Shown here: positions 25,982 to 33,632 of the stretch, piece after piece
Layout of the letters: each line of letters begins with the position of its first letter
Position numbering within the stretch: position 1 is the stretch's first letter
Source of the DNA: an uncultured Aquihabitans sp.
GTDB lineage: Bacteria; Actinomycetota; Acidimicrobiia; Acidimicrobiales; Iamiaceae
Direction of reading: 5' to 3'
DNA: 48,932 bases
Assembly: GCA_964542495.1 (NCBI GenBank)
Contig: CAZIVZ010000001.1
Span: forward strand, 1-48,932
The notes under the pieces: model-generated
The model's input: the letters and a program-made list of their open reading frames with translations, nothing else
Database searches by the model: none
Told to the model about the DNA's origin: nothing
Program-made: the position numbers and the translations under genes

Positions 25982-27444
25982 GCGAGACCACCGACGGTCG
26001 TCCTCCTGCGGACGTGGGCACCGCCACCGGGTGCGGCGCCCCGCACGCCGCGCTCTACCTGTCGCCGTCGGGAGCCGTCCAGGCCTGCTGCCGCAACAAC
26101 GACCTGACGCTCCGCACCGGAGCCGGTCCCGGTCGCCAGAGCCTGCGCGAGATCTGGAACGGCCCGGCGATGGCCCGGCTCCGCCAAGCGGTCGACGCCG
26201 ACGACTACTCCCTCGGCTGCCAGAGCTGCGGGCTGGCCATCGCCGCCGGCGAGCGTGCCGCCTCCGTGGCGGCCGACTTCGACCGGTACCTGCACGTCCG
26301 AGACCTCCCGCTGCCGAAGCACCTCGACCTCGCGCTGTCGAACACGTGCAACCTCACCTGTGAGATGTGCAACGGCGACCTCTCCTCCAGCATCCGCAGC
26401 CAGCGCGAGCATCGACCGCCGTTGCGCTCGCCGTACGACGACGCCTTCTTCGAGGAGCTACGCGAGCTGCTCCCCGCGGTGGAGTCGGTGATCTTCAAGG
26501 GCGGCGAACCGTTCCTCGCCCGGGAGGCCCAGCGCACGTGGGACCTGATGATCGAGCTGGGTTGCGACGCCCACGTCACCGTGGTGACCAACGGGACCCG
26601 GTGGAACGACGCCGTAGAGCGGTGGGCGCGGGCGTTGCGCATGGACGTGCACGTGTCCATCGACGGGGCCACCGACGCCACGATCGAAGCCATCCGCACC
26701 GGCGCCGACGGGGCGCAGGTGCGCCGGAACCTGCGGCGCTTCGTCGAGCTGACCGCCTCCTACGGCGGCTCGGTCGTGTGGAACTTCTGCCACATGCCGC
26801 AGAACTCCCACGAGCTCGGCCTGGTGCTCACCGAGGCCGATGCGCTCGACATCGACGTCCACGTCATCCCCGTGGAGAGCCCGCCTCGATTCGACCTCAC
26901 CCGCCTCGAGCCGGGTCGGCTGGACCAACTGCTCCGCACCCGCGAGCGCGAGGAGGTCTCGCTGCTGGACCGCCTCGGGCGGAACCGCCCGGTGTGGGAG
27001 CAGGAGATCGCCAAGCTCCGACGGCTGGTGGCGACCCGTTCCGAGCCCACCTCGGTGCCGATCGGGGTGCCTCGCCGGTCCGACCGGAGCGCCTTCGATG
27101 CCGAGGTGGACCAGCTGGCCGCCCGATCGGGCCGCGAGCCCATCCGGGTCACGATCGACGACGCCCTGATCGCCCACGTCGATGCGCCGACCTGGGCTGC
27201 TGCGTTCGAGCCCGGCGGGTGGCGGGGCCGTGGCGCCCAGGACCTGGTGAGCATCTTCGAGGCCCACCTCGGTCCGCCCCTCGGATCCGCCGCGATCGTG
27301 GAGCGTCCCCCGGTCGTCGAGACCTCGATCCGGTTCGGCAGCCACGACCACCCGTGGACGGTCCGGTCCGTGCGGAGCGCCGGCCGGGTGGTCGACGGCG
27401 CGGAGCGGATCGACCTGGCGATCGCCGTGCTGCCGGGCAGGTAG
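25978..27444 (+). CDS. N-Twitch radical SAM protein with C-terminal PAS-like domain
   Basis: CGAPHAALYLSPSGAVQACC...CQSC; CNLTCEMC; KGGEPF; VVTNG; VSIDG. GTGA overlap with the upstream stop. Confidence 0.92.
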   Translation: MSETTDGRPPADVGTATGCGAPHAALYLSPSGAVQACCRNNDLTLRTGAGPGRQSLREIWNGPAMARLRQAVDADDYSLGCQSCGLAIAAGERAASVAADFDRYLHVRDLPLPKHLDLALSNTCNLTCEMCNGDLSSSIRSQREHRPPLRSPYDDAFFEELRELLPAVESVIFKGGEPFLAREAQRTWDLMIELGCDAHVTVVTNGTRWNDAVERWARALRMDVHVSIDGATDATIEAIRTGADGAQVRRNLRRFVELTASYGGSVVWNFCHMPQNSHELGLVLTEADALDIDVHVIPVESPPRFDLTRLEPGRLDQLLRTREREEVSLLDRLGRNRPVWEQEIAKLRRLVATRSEPTSVPIGVPRRSDRSAFDAEVDQLAARSGREPIRVTIDDALIAHVDAPTWAAAFEPGGWRGRGAQDLVSIFEAHLGPPLGSAAIVERPPVVETSIRFGSHDHPWTVRSVRSAGRVVDGAERIDLAIAVLPGR

Positions 27445-27462
27445 CCGGTTCGGGGCCGAAGG

Positions 27463-27468
27463 TACGAT
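27463..27468 (+). promoter_or_regulatory. Putative -10 element (TACGAT) for a leaderless transcript
   Basis: 6 nt upstream of the ATG at 27475. Confidence 0.5.
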
Positions 27469-27474
27469 CGCCCC

Positions 27475-29067
27475 ATGGCCGTCGCCGGAGTCGAGCACGC
27501 CCCCGACGGGGCGCCGGCGACGTTCCGCGACCCCGAGATGCAGTCCCGGTTCGTCCACGACGGGATCGTCGGCTTCCCTGCCCTCGGCCCCGACGACCTC
27601 GCCCGGATCGAGGTGCTGCACCGGGCGCGCTCCGCGACGGAGGGACCGGCCTTCGCCCCGGACTTCGCGGCGGCGGACCGCAGCCTGGTGGCCGAGACCA
27701 CCACGCTGGCTCGCGAGCTGCTGGACCCGGTCATCGAGCGGGTCTTCGCCGATCACCGCATCTGCTTCGCGACCCTGGTCGTCAAGGACGTGGGCGACAG
27801 CAGTGGGATGGAGCCCCACGACGACCGCTCCTACGTCGACGAACGGCGGCACCGGGCGCTCACCGTGTGGGTGCCCACCATCGACACGAGCCCCGAGATC
27901 GACAACGGCTGCCTCCACGTGGTGCCGGGAAGCCACCGCCTCGCAACGTCGCCGGCAGGGTCGAACACCCCGGACTGGTACCGCCCGTACCTCCAGGTCC
28001 TGGCCGAGGGGTCCGTGCCGTTCCCCTGCCGGGCGGGGGATGCGCTCGCCTACGACACGCGGACCGTCCACCACTCGCCACCCAACCGCAGCGGTCGCGT
28101 CCGCCTCGCGCTCGCGGTGGTGGTGGTGCCGAGAGGTGCCGAGATCGTCCACGTCGAGGCGATGGACCGGGTCCGCCGCCGGCTGTACGTCGTCGACGAG
28201 GAGTTCTACCTGCGACACTCACCGCGATCGCTGCGCCATCGCGTCCCGCCCGAGGCCGAGCTGATCGAGGAGTTCGAGGTCGACGAGCGAGACGTGGAGC
28301 CCACGTCGGTGGCCGAGCTCGTACCCGACGTCGACCGGCCGATCGTGCCCACCGTGGCGTTGGGTGAGCCGTGCGCCCTCGACGAGGCTCGACCGGCGCT
28401 GGTCGTCGATCCGGTCACGCGCGTCCTGCTCCGGCGCGTCGGGCCCGGGGGGCCGTCGGAGCGCCCACCCGAGGTGGTGCCCTGGTCCCGGGAGGTGGTC
28501 GGCGGGAGCTCGGTGGCTCGCGAGGAGCTGCGGGGGCCTGCCCTCGCCGGTGATCGCCCGTCGCACCTGCCGTGGATCGACGCGCCGCACGAGGCCCCGG
28601 TGACCGGTCGTTGGGGCGTCCTGTCCCTGTCGGACCCCGAGGCCGCACGGTGGTTCCCGGCCACCCGCCGGCTGGTGCTCGACCGTCCCGGGTTGATCGA
28701 CGCCGAGATCTGGGTGGTGGCCGGCCGCACGGCGATCGGGCCTCGCGTGGGCGCGGTGCCCGGCGCGCTCCGCCTGCTGGTCGGACTCAGCCAGCCGGTG
28801 TGCCCCGCCGGCATCCGGTTCGCCGATCACGCCGTCGCCCTGCCCATGGCGGTCCCCGTCGTGGTGGACGAGGCCCACCCCCACGTGATCTGGAACGACG
28901 GCGAGGAGCCCATGGCGGTCCTGGTGGCCACGGTGGTCGACCCGGACCGGTCCGCGCTGGTGCGGTCGATCGCTCGGTGGTCGCGGCGACTGCCCGCCGC
29001 GGAGCGACGCCGCCGGTGGCTGGCGCAGAGCGCGCGGATGGCGGGATGGGACGCCATGCCCGGCTGA
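27475..29067 (+). CDS. PhyH-family dioxygenase fused to a degenerate aspartyl/asparaginyl beta-hydroxylase-like domain
   Basis: PHDDRSYVDERRHR, NGCLHVVPGSH, YDTRTVHHSPPN; C-terminal WFPATRRLV...AIGPRVGAVPGALRLLVGL...VDEAHPHVIWND. Confidence 0.85.
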   Translation: MAVAGVEHAPDGAPATFRDPEMQSRFVHDGIVGFPALGPDDLARIEVLHRARSATEGPAFAPDFAAADRSLVAETTTLARELLDPVIERVFADHRICFATLVVKDVGDSSGMEPHDDRSYVDERRHRALTVWVPTIDTSPEIDNGCLHVVPGSHRLATSPAGSNTPDWYRPYLQVLAEGSVPFPCRAGDALAYDTRTVHHSPPNRSGRVRLALAVVVVPRGAEIVHVEAMDRVRRRLYVVDEEFYLRHSPRSLRHRVPPEAELIEEFEVDERDVEPTSVAELVPDVDRPIVPTVALGEPCALDEARPALVVDPVTRVLLRRVGPGGPSERPPEVVPWSREVVGGSSVAREELRGPALAGDRPSHLPWIDAPHEAPVTGRWGVLSLSDPEAARWFPATRRLVLDRPGLIDAEIWVVAGRTAIGPRVGAVPGALRLLVGLSQPVCPAGIRFADHAVALPMAVPVVVDEAHPHVIWNDGEEPMAVLVATVVDPDRSALVRSIARWSRRLPAAERRRRWLAQSARMAGWDAMPG

Positions 29068-29092
29068 AGCTACCCGCAACGTCCGTTTCGCC

Positions 29093-29117
29093 TATCATGG
29101 AGCAGTCCCAAGGAGGA
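29093..29117 (+). promoter_or_regulatory. Putative -10 (TATCAT) and purine-rich ribosome binding site (AAGGAGGA)
   Basis: TATCAT at 29093-29098; AAGGAGGA immediately upstream of the ATG at 29119. Confidence 0.45.
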
Positions 29118-29118
29118 G

Positions 29119-30147
29119 ATGTCCGTGCGGCCTACATTCCACGACCTCGAGCTCCAAGCCACCTTCGAAGCCGACGGGTATGCGGTGCTCCCGTTCCTCG
29201 ATGCCGACGAGGTGCAGACCCTGGTGGACGCCTACGCCCGGTTGGGTCGTGCCCCGGGCGATCCGGAGCGGGCGTGCATCTCCACGTTCCACACCTACGA
29301 CGCCGAGTACAAGGCCGCCACCCACGAGGCGATCTCCGCCGTCTTCGCCCCGAGGCTCGAGGCCACGTTCGACCGCCAGCGGGCGCTGCCGTCGAACTAC
29401 CTCGTGAAGTGGCCCGGCGGCTACAGCGGCTTCGGCCTGCACCAGGACCTGTCGCTGGTCGACGAGCGCGAACACCGTTCGGCTGAGATCTGGGTCGCGC
29501 TGTGCGATGTCGACGAGCACAACGGCCAGCTGTGGATGGTTCCCGGCAGCCACGACTGGATCCCCACCCTTCGCGGCATCCAGTCGTTCCCGTTCCCCTT
29601 CGGCCAGGTGACGCGGCGCATCATCGATCGTCACGCGGTCCCGGTGCCGTTGAAGGCGGGAGAGGCCGTGGTGTTCAACCACGCCACGCTCCACTTCTCG
29701 CTCCCCAACCGCACCGAGGAGCCCCGCCTCGTCGCCATCTCCGACCTCATCCCGCAGGAGGCCGAACACCTGCACTTCTTCGGAGACGGTTCGGGTCACG
29801 TCGACGCTTATCGCATCGGTGACGAGTTCTGGGTGGACAACAACCCGTTCACCCTCTGGAAGCCACCGCTGGACTCCCAGCGCGTCGGCCCCGTCGACTG
29901 GTTCGAGTACCGGGAGCTCACCGACGAAGACCTGGACCGGCTGGTGGCCGAAGGTCGCGCCGTCGAGGCGGAGGCAGCCCCACGGGGCGCGCCCAACGCC
30001 GCCAAGGCGTGGTGCCACCGGTGCGGCTCGACCGATCTCGAGATCCCCGGGCCGGACCGCTGGACGGGCAACGTCACCTTGCTGTGCGGGCCCTGCAAGG
30101 AGCTCGAGGCCGCCCGCGCCGCCACCCCGGCGCACGTCGGCTCCTGA
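29119..30147 (+). CDS. PhyH-family dioxygenase with C-terminal CxxC...CxxC zinc ribbon
   Basis: LHQDLSLVDEREHRS, NGQLWMVPGSH, FNHATLHFSLPN; tail WCHRCGS...LLCGPC. Confidence 0.9.
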   Translation: MSVRPTFHDLELQATFEADGYAVLPFLDADEVQTLVDAYARLGRAPGDPERACISTFHTYDAEYKAATHEAISAVFAPRLEATFDRQRALPSNYLVKWPGGYSGFGLHQDLSLVDEREHRSAEIWVALCDVDEHNGQLWMVPGSHDWIPTLRGIQSFPFPFGQVTRRIIDRHAVPVPLKAGEAVVFNHATLHFSLPNRTEEPRLVAISDLIPQEAEHLHFFGDGSGHVDAYRIGDEFWVDNNPFTLWKPPLDSQRVGPVDWFEYRELTDEDLDRLVAEGRAVEAEAAPRGAPNAAKAWCHRCGSTDLEIPGPDRWTGNVTLLCGPCKELEAARAATPAHVGS

Positions 30148-30162
30148 TCTCCGCTCAGGGCC

Positions 30163-32820
30163 TCAGGGCGAGGGGCTGAGCGACACCGCCACCCGGGTGC
30201 CTGCCGCCGGCTCCGCCTCGTCGGCGAGCAGGAGCCCTTGGGCGCTCGGCGCGTCGGGGCTCAGATCGTGCACGGTGATCCCGGCCGTCAGCAGGTGCGG
30301 TACGAGCCGCACGAGCGGTGACAGCAGTTCGTGGGCGGAGTTGGCGCCGATCGAGAAGTCGCTCTCCATCTCGTCGCCTTCACCGTGCCGGGGGAACCGC
30401 AGGCCCTCCGAGCACAGGCCGAGGGGGTCGGACTCCACCGTGAACGACGCCGGGCCGTAGGAATGCAGCGGCCGCTCGGGACCGGTGGCGTGGCCGTCGA
30501 CGTAGAGGGAGCGGGTGGCGTCGCGGTGGTACGACACGTAGTCGTGCTCGAGGTCGGTGGTGGCGGGGAAGGTGCGCCCGGGCTCGGGCATCAGGAACCG
30601 GTTGAGGTGCAAGACGGCGTCCATCGCCGACGACGGATCGACGCCGAGCTCGCGCACCATCAGGTCACGAAGCTCGCGGTACACCGCATCCCACCCGGCG
30701 GGAGCGGTGGCGTGACGCTCGAAGTAGCACGTGATCCAGGTGAGGTGGGGGTAGCGCAGCGGGTCGTCGTAGGTGATGTCGAGGATCCGGTCGAGCACCA
30801 CGGACTCCTGGAGACCGTGATCCCACTGCATCCAGCGAAGGACGTGGCGGAAGACGCCGAGGCGCTCGGCGACGATGTCGAGGTCGCGCAGGCGCTGCAT
30901 ACGGATGCGGTCGGCTTCGGTGAAGGTCGACGTGGATCGCACCCGGTGCTGGTCGTCGGACCGGATCTGGAACCGCTCCCGGTACTCGGGGTCGTTCATC
31001 GGGGCGTTCGGGAGGATCTTGAGCTGCCAGGTCCGAGCCTGGATCTCGTGATCGAAGTTGAACTGCAGATCCCGGCGATAGGAGTCGTAGGTCTGGCCCG
31101 GCAGCCCGATGAGCAGGTCGCCCTGGATGGGGAAGCCTCGCCGTCGGTAGCTGGCGGCGAGGGCGACGTAGTGCGCCGTGGAGATGTTGTCGCGGTCGAT
31201 GGCCTTGAGCGTCTCCTCGTCGGTGGTCTGCAGGGAGATGGAGGCCGTCGTGCCGACGCCTCCCTCCACGAGGACGTCCATGATCCGGACCAGGTGCTTG
31301 GTGGTGTTCTTGGCCGGGTAGAAGCTGAGCAGGAGCGGGAAGCCCTTGGTGCGTCGGGTCTCGGCGATCCGTGACGCGGTCTCGACGTCTCGGGACATGA
31401 TGCCGAAGTTGGCGTCGGGGAGGTTGATCGACTGGGCGCCCCGGTCGGCGGCCCACTCGATCTCGGCGTGCACGCGCTCGAGGGAGAACTTGCGGATGCG
31501 CGACAGCGTGGACGAGCCCCAGTCGCAGTAGCTGCAGCTGTACGGGCACCCTCGGTTCGTCTCCACGGAGAGGCAGAACCGCCAGCCGTCGATCGGGATG
31601 TGGTCGAACTCGCCGGTGAGGTAGGGCGAGGGGAGCGAGTCGAGGTCGGTGATGCGACTGCGGTCCTCGGTGCGGACGACGGCGCCGGAGCGAGGATCCC
31701 GGAACGTGATGCCGTCGATCGACGCCAGCACCTCGGGATCGAGCTCGGGCAGGGTTGGCCCCACGGCGGCCAGGAGCTCGCAGACCATGTGCTCCCCCTC
31801 GCCCCGGGTGAGGACGTGGGCGACCTCGCCGTGCTCGGCGATGAAGCGCTCGGCATCGCCCGGGAACTTCGGGCTCGACGGCCCCCCGTGGATCACCACC
31901 AGGTCGGGGTTCAGCGCCAATCCGGCGCGGGCGGCCTCGAGGTTCGCCTCGAGGGTCCACACGTAGTCGCTGCAGAGCAGCACGGCCGGTCCGGGGCGCT
32001 CGGCCTGGTCGGCGAGGAACGACGCCGCCGTCTCCGGTCGACGGATCTCGTAGACCTCGTTGAGCGCCCCGTCGCGGAGGTGGCGGGCGGCCGCGGTGAG
32101 CATGCCCAGCGCGAGGAGGGGCCCGGTCTCGGGATGCCAGATGGCGTACACGGGGATGCGGCCCGGGGGGCCGGCCGGGACCGGTCCGCCCGACGGGCCG
32201 ATGAGCGCGCTCGGCTCCGCCTCCGCCGGTGGCTCGGCGGCTGGCTGCGCTGCTTCGGGTTGTTGCAACGGATCAGGAGTGGGGCCGCCGCCGTCTCGGG
32301 GGTGGCGCTTCGCGGCCAGGCGCGACAGCCAGCCGGCCGGCTTGGGCCGCGCTCTGGGCTCCGTGGCGGGGGCCGGCTCCGGTGCGGACTCCGTGGCCGG
32401 CTCGTCGATGGCTGGGGTGGCAACGAGGGTGGCGGCGCCGATGGCCACCAGGTGGGCGAGGCGGCCGGGGACGTCGCCGACGGAGCCGGCATCGGGGTGG
32501 GCCACGACGTCGGCAACCCGCGTCGGACCGGTCAACAGGTCGACCAGGCGGAGATCGTGGCGATCCAGCACGAGGTCGTGGTCCGTCGTGCGCACCACGA
32601 GACCGCCCGGGCCGGGCCGCCCGACGAAGGTCCACACCGGTCCCACCACCGCGTCGGGAGCGAGCGGTGTCGCGTCGGGCCGGGGGGTCGCGGTGGTGGG
32701 ACCGACGAGGTCGAGGAGCTCGTCGAACTGCACCTCGACCGGGTCCTGGCGGGGGACCGGCGTGAGCCACCATCGGCCTTGGTCGCGAGCGACGAACGAG
32801 ATCGGTGCCTGGTCGGTCAT
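30163..32820 (-). CDS. Large cobalamin-dependent radical SAM protein with N-terminal PqqD/wHTH-like domain
   Basis: CSDYVW..EANL, IHGGPS, RGEGE, LPSPYLTG, ETNRGCPYSCSYCDWG, DANFG, SLQT, IGLPGQT. ATG at 32820 overlaps the upstream stop. Confidence 0.92.
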   Translation of the reverse strand: MTDQAPISFVARDQGRWWLTPVPRQDPVEVQFDELLDLVGPTTATPRPDATPLAPDAVVGPVWTFVGRPGPGGLVVRTTDHDLVLDRHDLRLVDLLTGPTRVADVVAHPDAGSVGDVPGRLAHLVAIGAATLVATPAIDEPATESAPEPAPATEPRARPKPAGWLSRLAAKRHPRDGGGPTPDPLQQPEAAQPAAEPPAEAEPSALIGPSGGPVPAGPPGRIPVYAIWHPETGPLLALGMLTAAARHLRDGALNEVYEIRRPETAASFLADQAERPGPAVLLCSDYVWTLEANLEAARAGLALNPDLVVIHGGPSSPKFPGDAERFIAEHGEVAHVLTRGEGEHMVCELLAAVGPTLPELDPEVLASIDGITFRDPRSGAVVRTEDRSRITDLDSLPSPYLTGEFDHIPIDGWRFCLSVETNRGCPYSCSYCDWGSSTLSRIRKFSLERVHAEIEWAADRGAQSINLPDANFGIMSRDVETASRIAETRRTKGFPLLLSFYPAKNTTKHLVRIMDVLVEGGVGTTASISLQTTDEETLKAIDRDNISTAHYVALAASYRRRGFPIQGDLLIGLPGQTYDSYRRDLQFNFDHEIQARTWQLKILPNAPMNDPEYRERFQIRSDDQHRVRSTSTFTEADRIRMQRLRDLDIVAERLGVFRHVLRWMQWDHGLQESVVLDRILDITYDDPLRYPHLTWITCYFERHATAPAGWDAVYRELRDLMVRELGVDPSSAMDAVLHLNRFLMPEPGRTFPATTDLEHDYVSYHRDATRSLYVDGHATGPERPLHSYGPASFTVESDPLGLCSEGLRFPRHGEGDEMESDFSIGANSAHELLSPLVRLVPHLLTAGITVHDLSPDAPSAQGLLLADEAEPAAGTRVAVSLSPSP

Positions 32821-33632
32821 CGCGTCGACCTCGTGTCGTGGTGCTCGGGGGCCCGCAGTCCGGCGAGGAGTTCGTCGGCGGTCAGCACCGTGCCCCAGGG
32901 CTCGATCGGCGGCCGGCCGACGGGCTCGGTGCCGTAGGGGTTCGTGGTGAAGAAGGCATCGTCGACCGCGAAGCCGGCGAGCCGATCGTCGTCGTCGAGG
33001 TGGAAGTGCACCAGCTGGGCTCCGATCGGGGCGAACGCGATCGTGATCGCCGGCCGGGGCGTGGGGGTCGGGTTCGGGGGCGAGCCGTGGCACAGGGCGG
33101 GGTCGAATGCGAGCGCCTGGCCCGCCCTCATCGGTACGGCCACGCCGCGCGCCTCGAGCAGGTCCTGCACCTGCTCGGTGACCTGGATCCGCCGGCTGGG
33201 GCGGATCGCCGAGCTCCACTGGTGGCTTCCAGGCACCACGTGGAGCGCGCCGTTGCCCGCGTCGACGTCCACCAGCGGGCACCACAGGAAGACCGGACGG
33301 TGATCCCGTTCGTCGGTGTAGGTCCAGTCCTGGTGGTACTTGATGGCTTGCGCGCTGCTCGCGCCCTTCGACGTGACCGCCACCATGAAGGGCCGGTATC
33401 CCGGCACCGCGGCAGCGAGGCGCCGGGAGAGCAGGCGCTTGACCTTGCGGTCGAAGGTCTGAGCGGCGGTGCCGTGGGCGTGGGTCGGCGACGCGAAGAA
33501 GCCGTGGTCCTCGGCCAGGTCGAACGACCGCAGGAACCGCCGGATCCGTCGGATCTGGCGAGCGGTCAGGACGTCGTCGAGCACGGCGTACCCACCGGAG
33601 CCGAGGATCGGTGCCGGCTGTGCGGCCGTCAC
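32817..33632 (-). CDS. PhyH-family Fe(II)/2OG dioxygenase
   Basis: GYAVLDDVL, YHQDWTYTDERDHRP, NGALHVVPGSH, AGQALAFDPALCHGSPPN. GTG start overlaps the stop of 33629-36268. Confidence 0.9.
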   Translation of the reverse strand: MTAAQPAPILGSGGYAVLDDVLTARQIRRIRRFLRSFDLAEDHGFFASPTHAHGTAAQTFDRKVKRLLSRRLAAAVPGYRPFMVAVTSKGASSAQAIKYHQDWTYTDERDHRPVFLWCPLVDVDAGNGALHVVPGSHQWSSAIRPSRRIQVTEQVQDLLEARGVAVPMRAGQALAFDPALCHGSPPNPTPTPRPAITIAFAPIGAQLVHFHLDDDDRLAGFAVDDAFFTTNPYGTEPVGRPPIEPWGTVLTADELLAGLRAPEHHDTRSTR

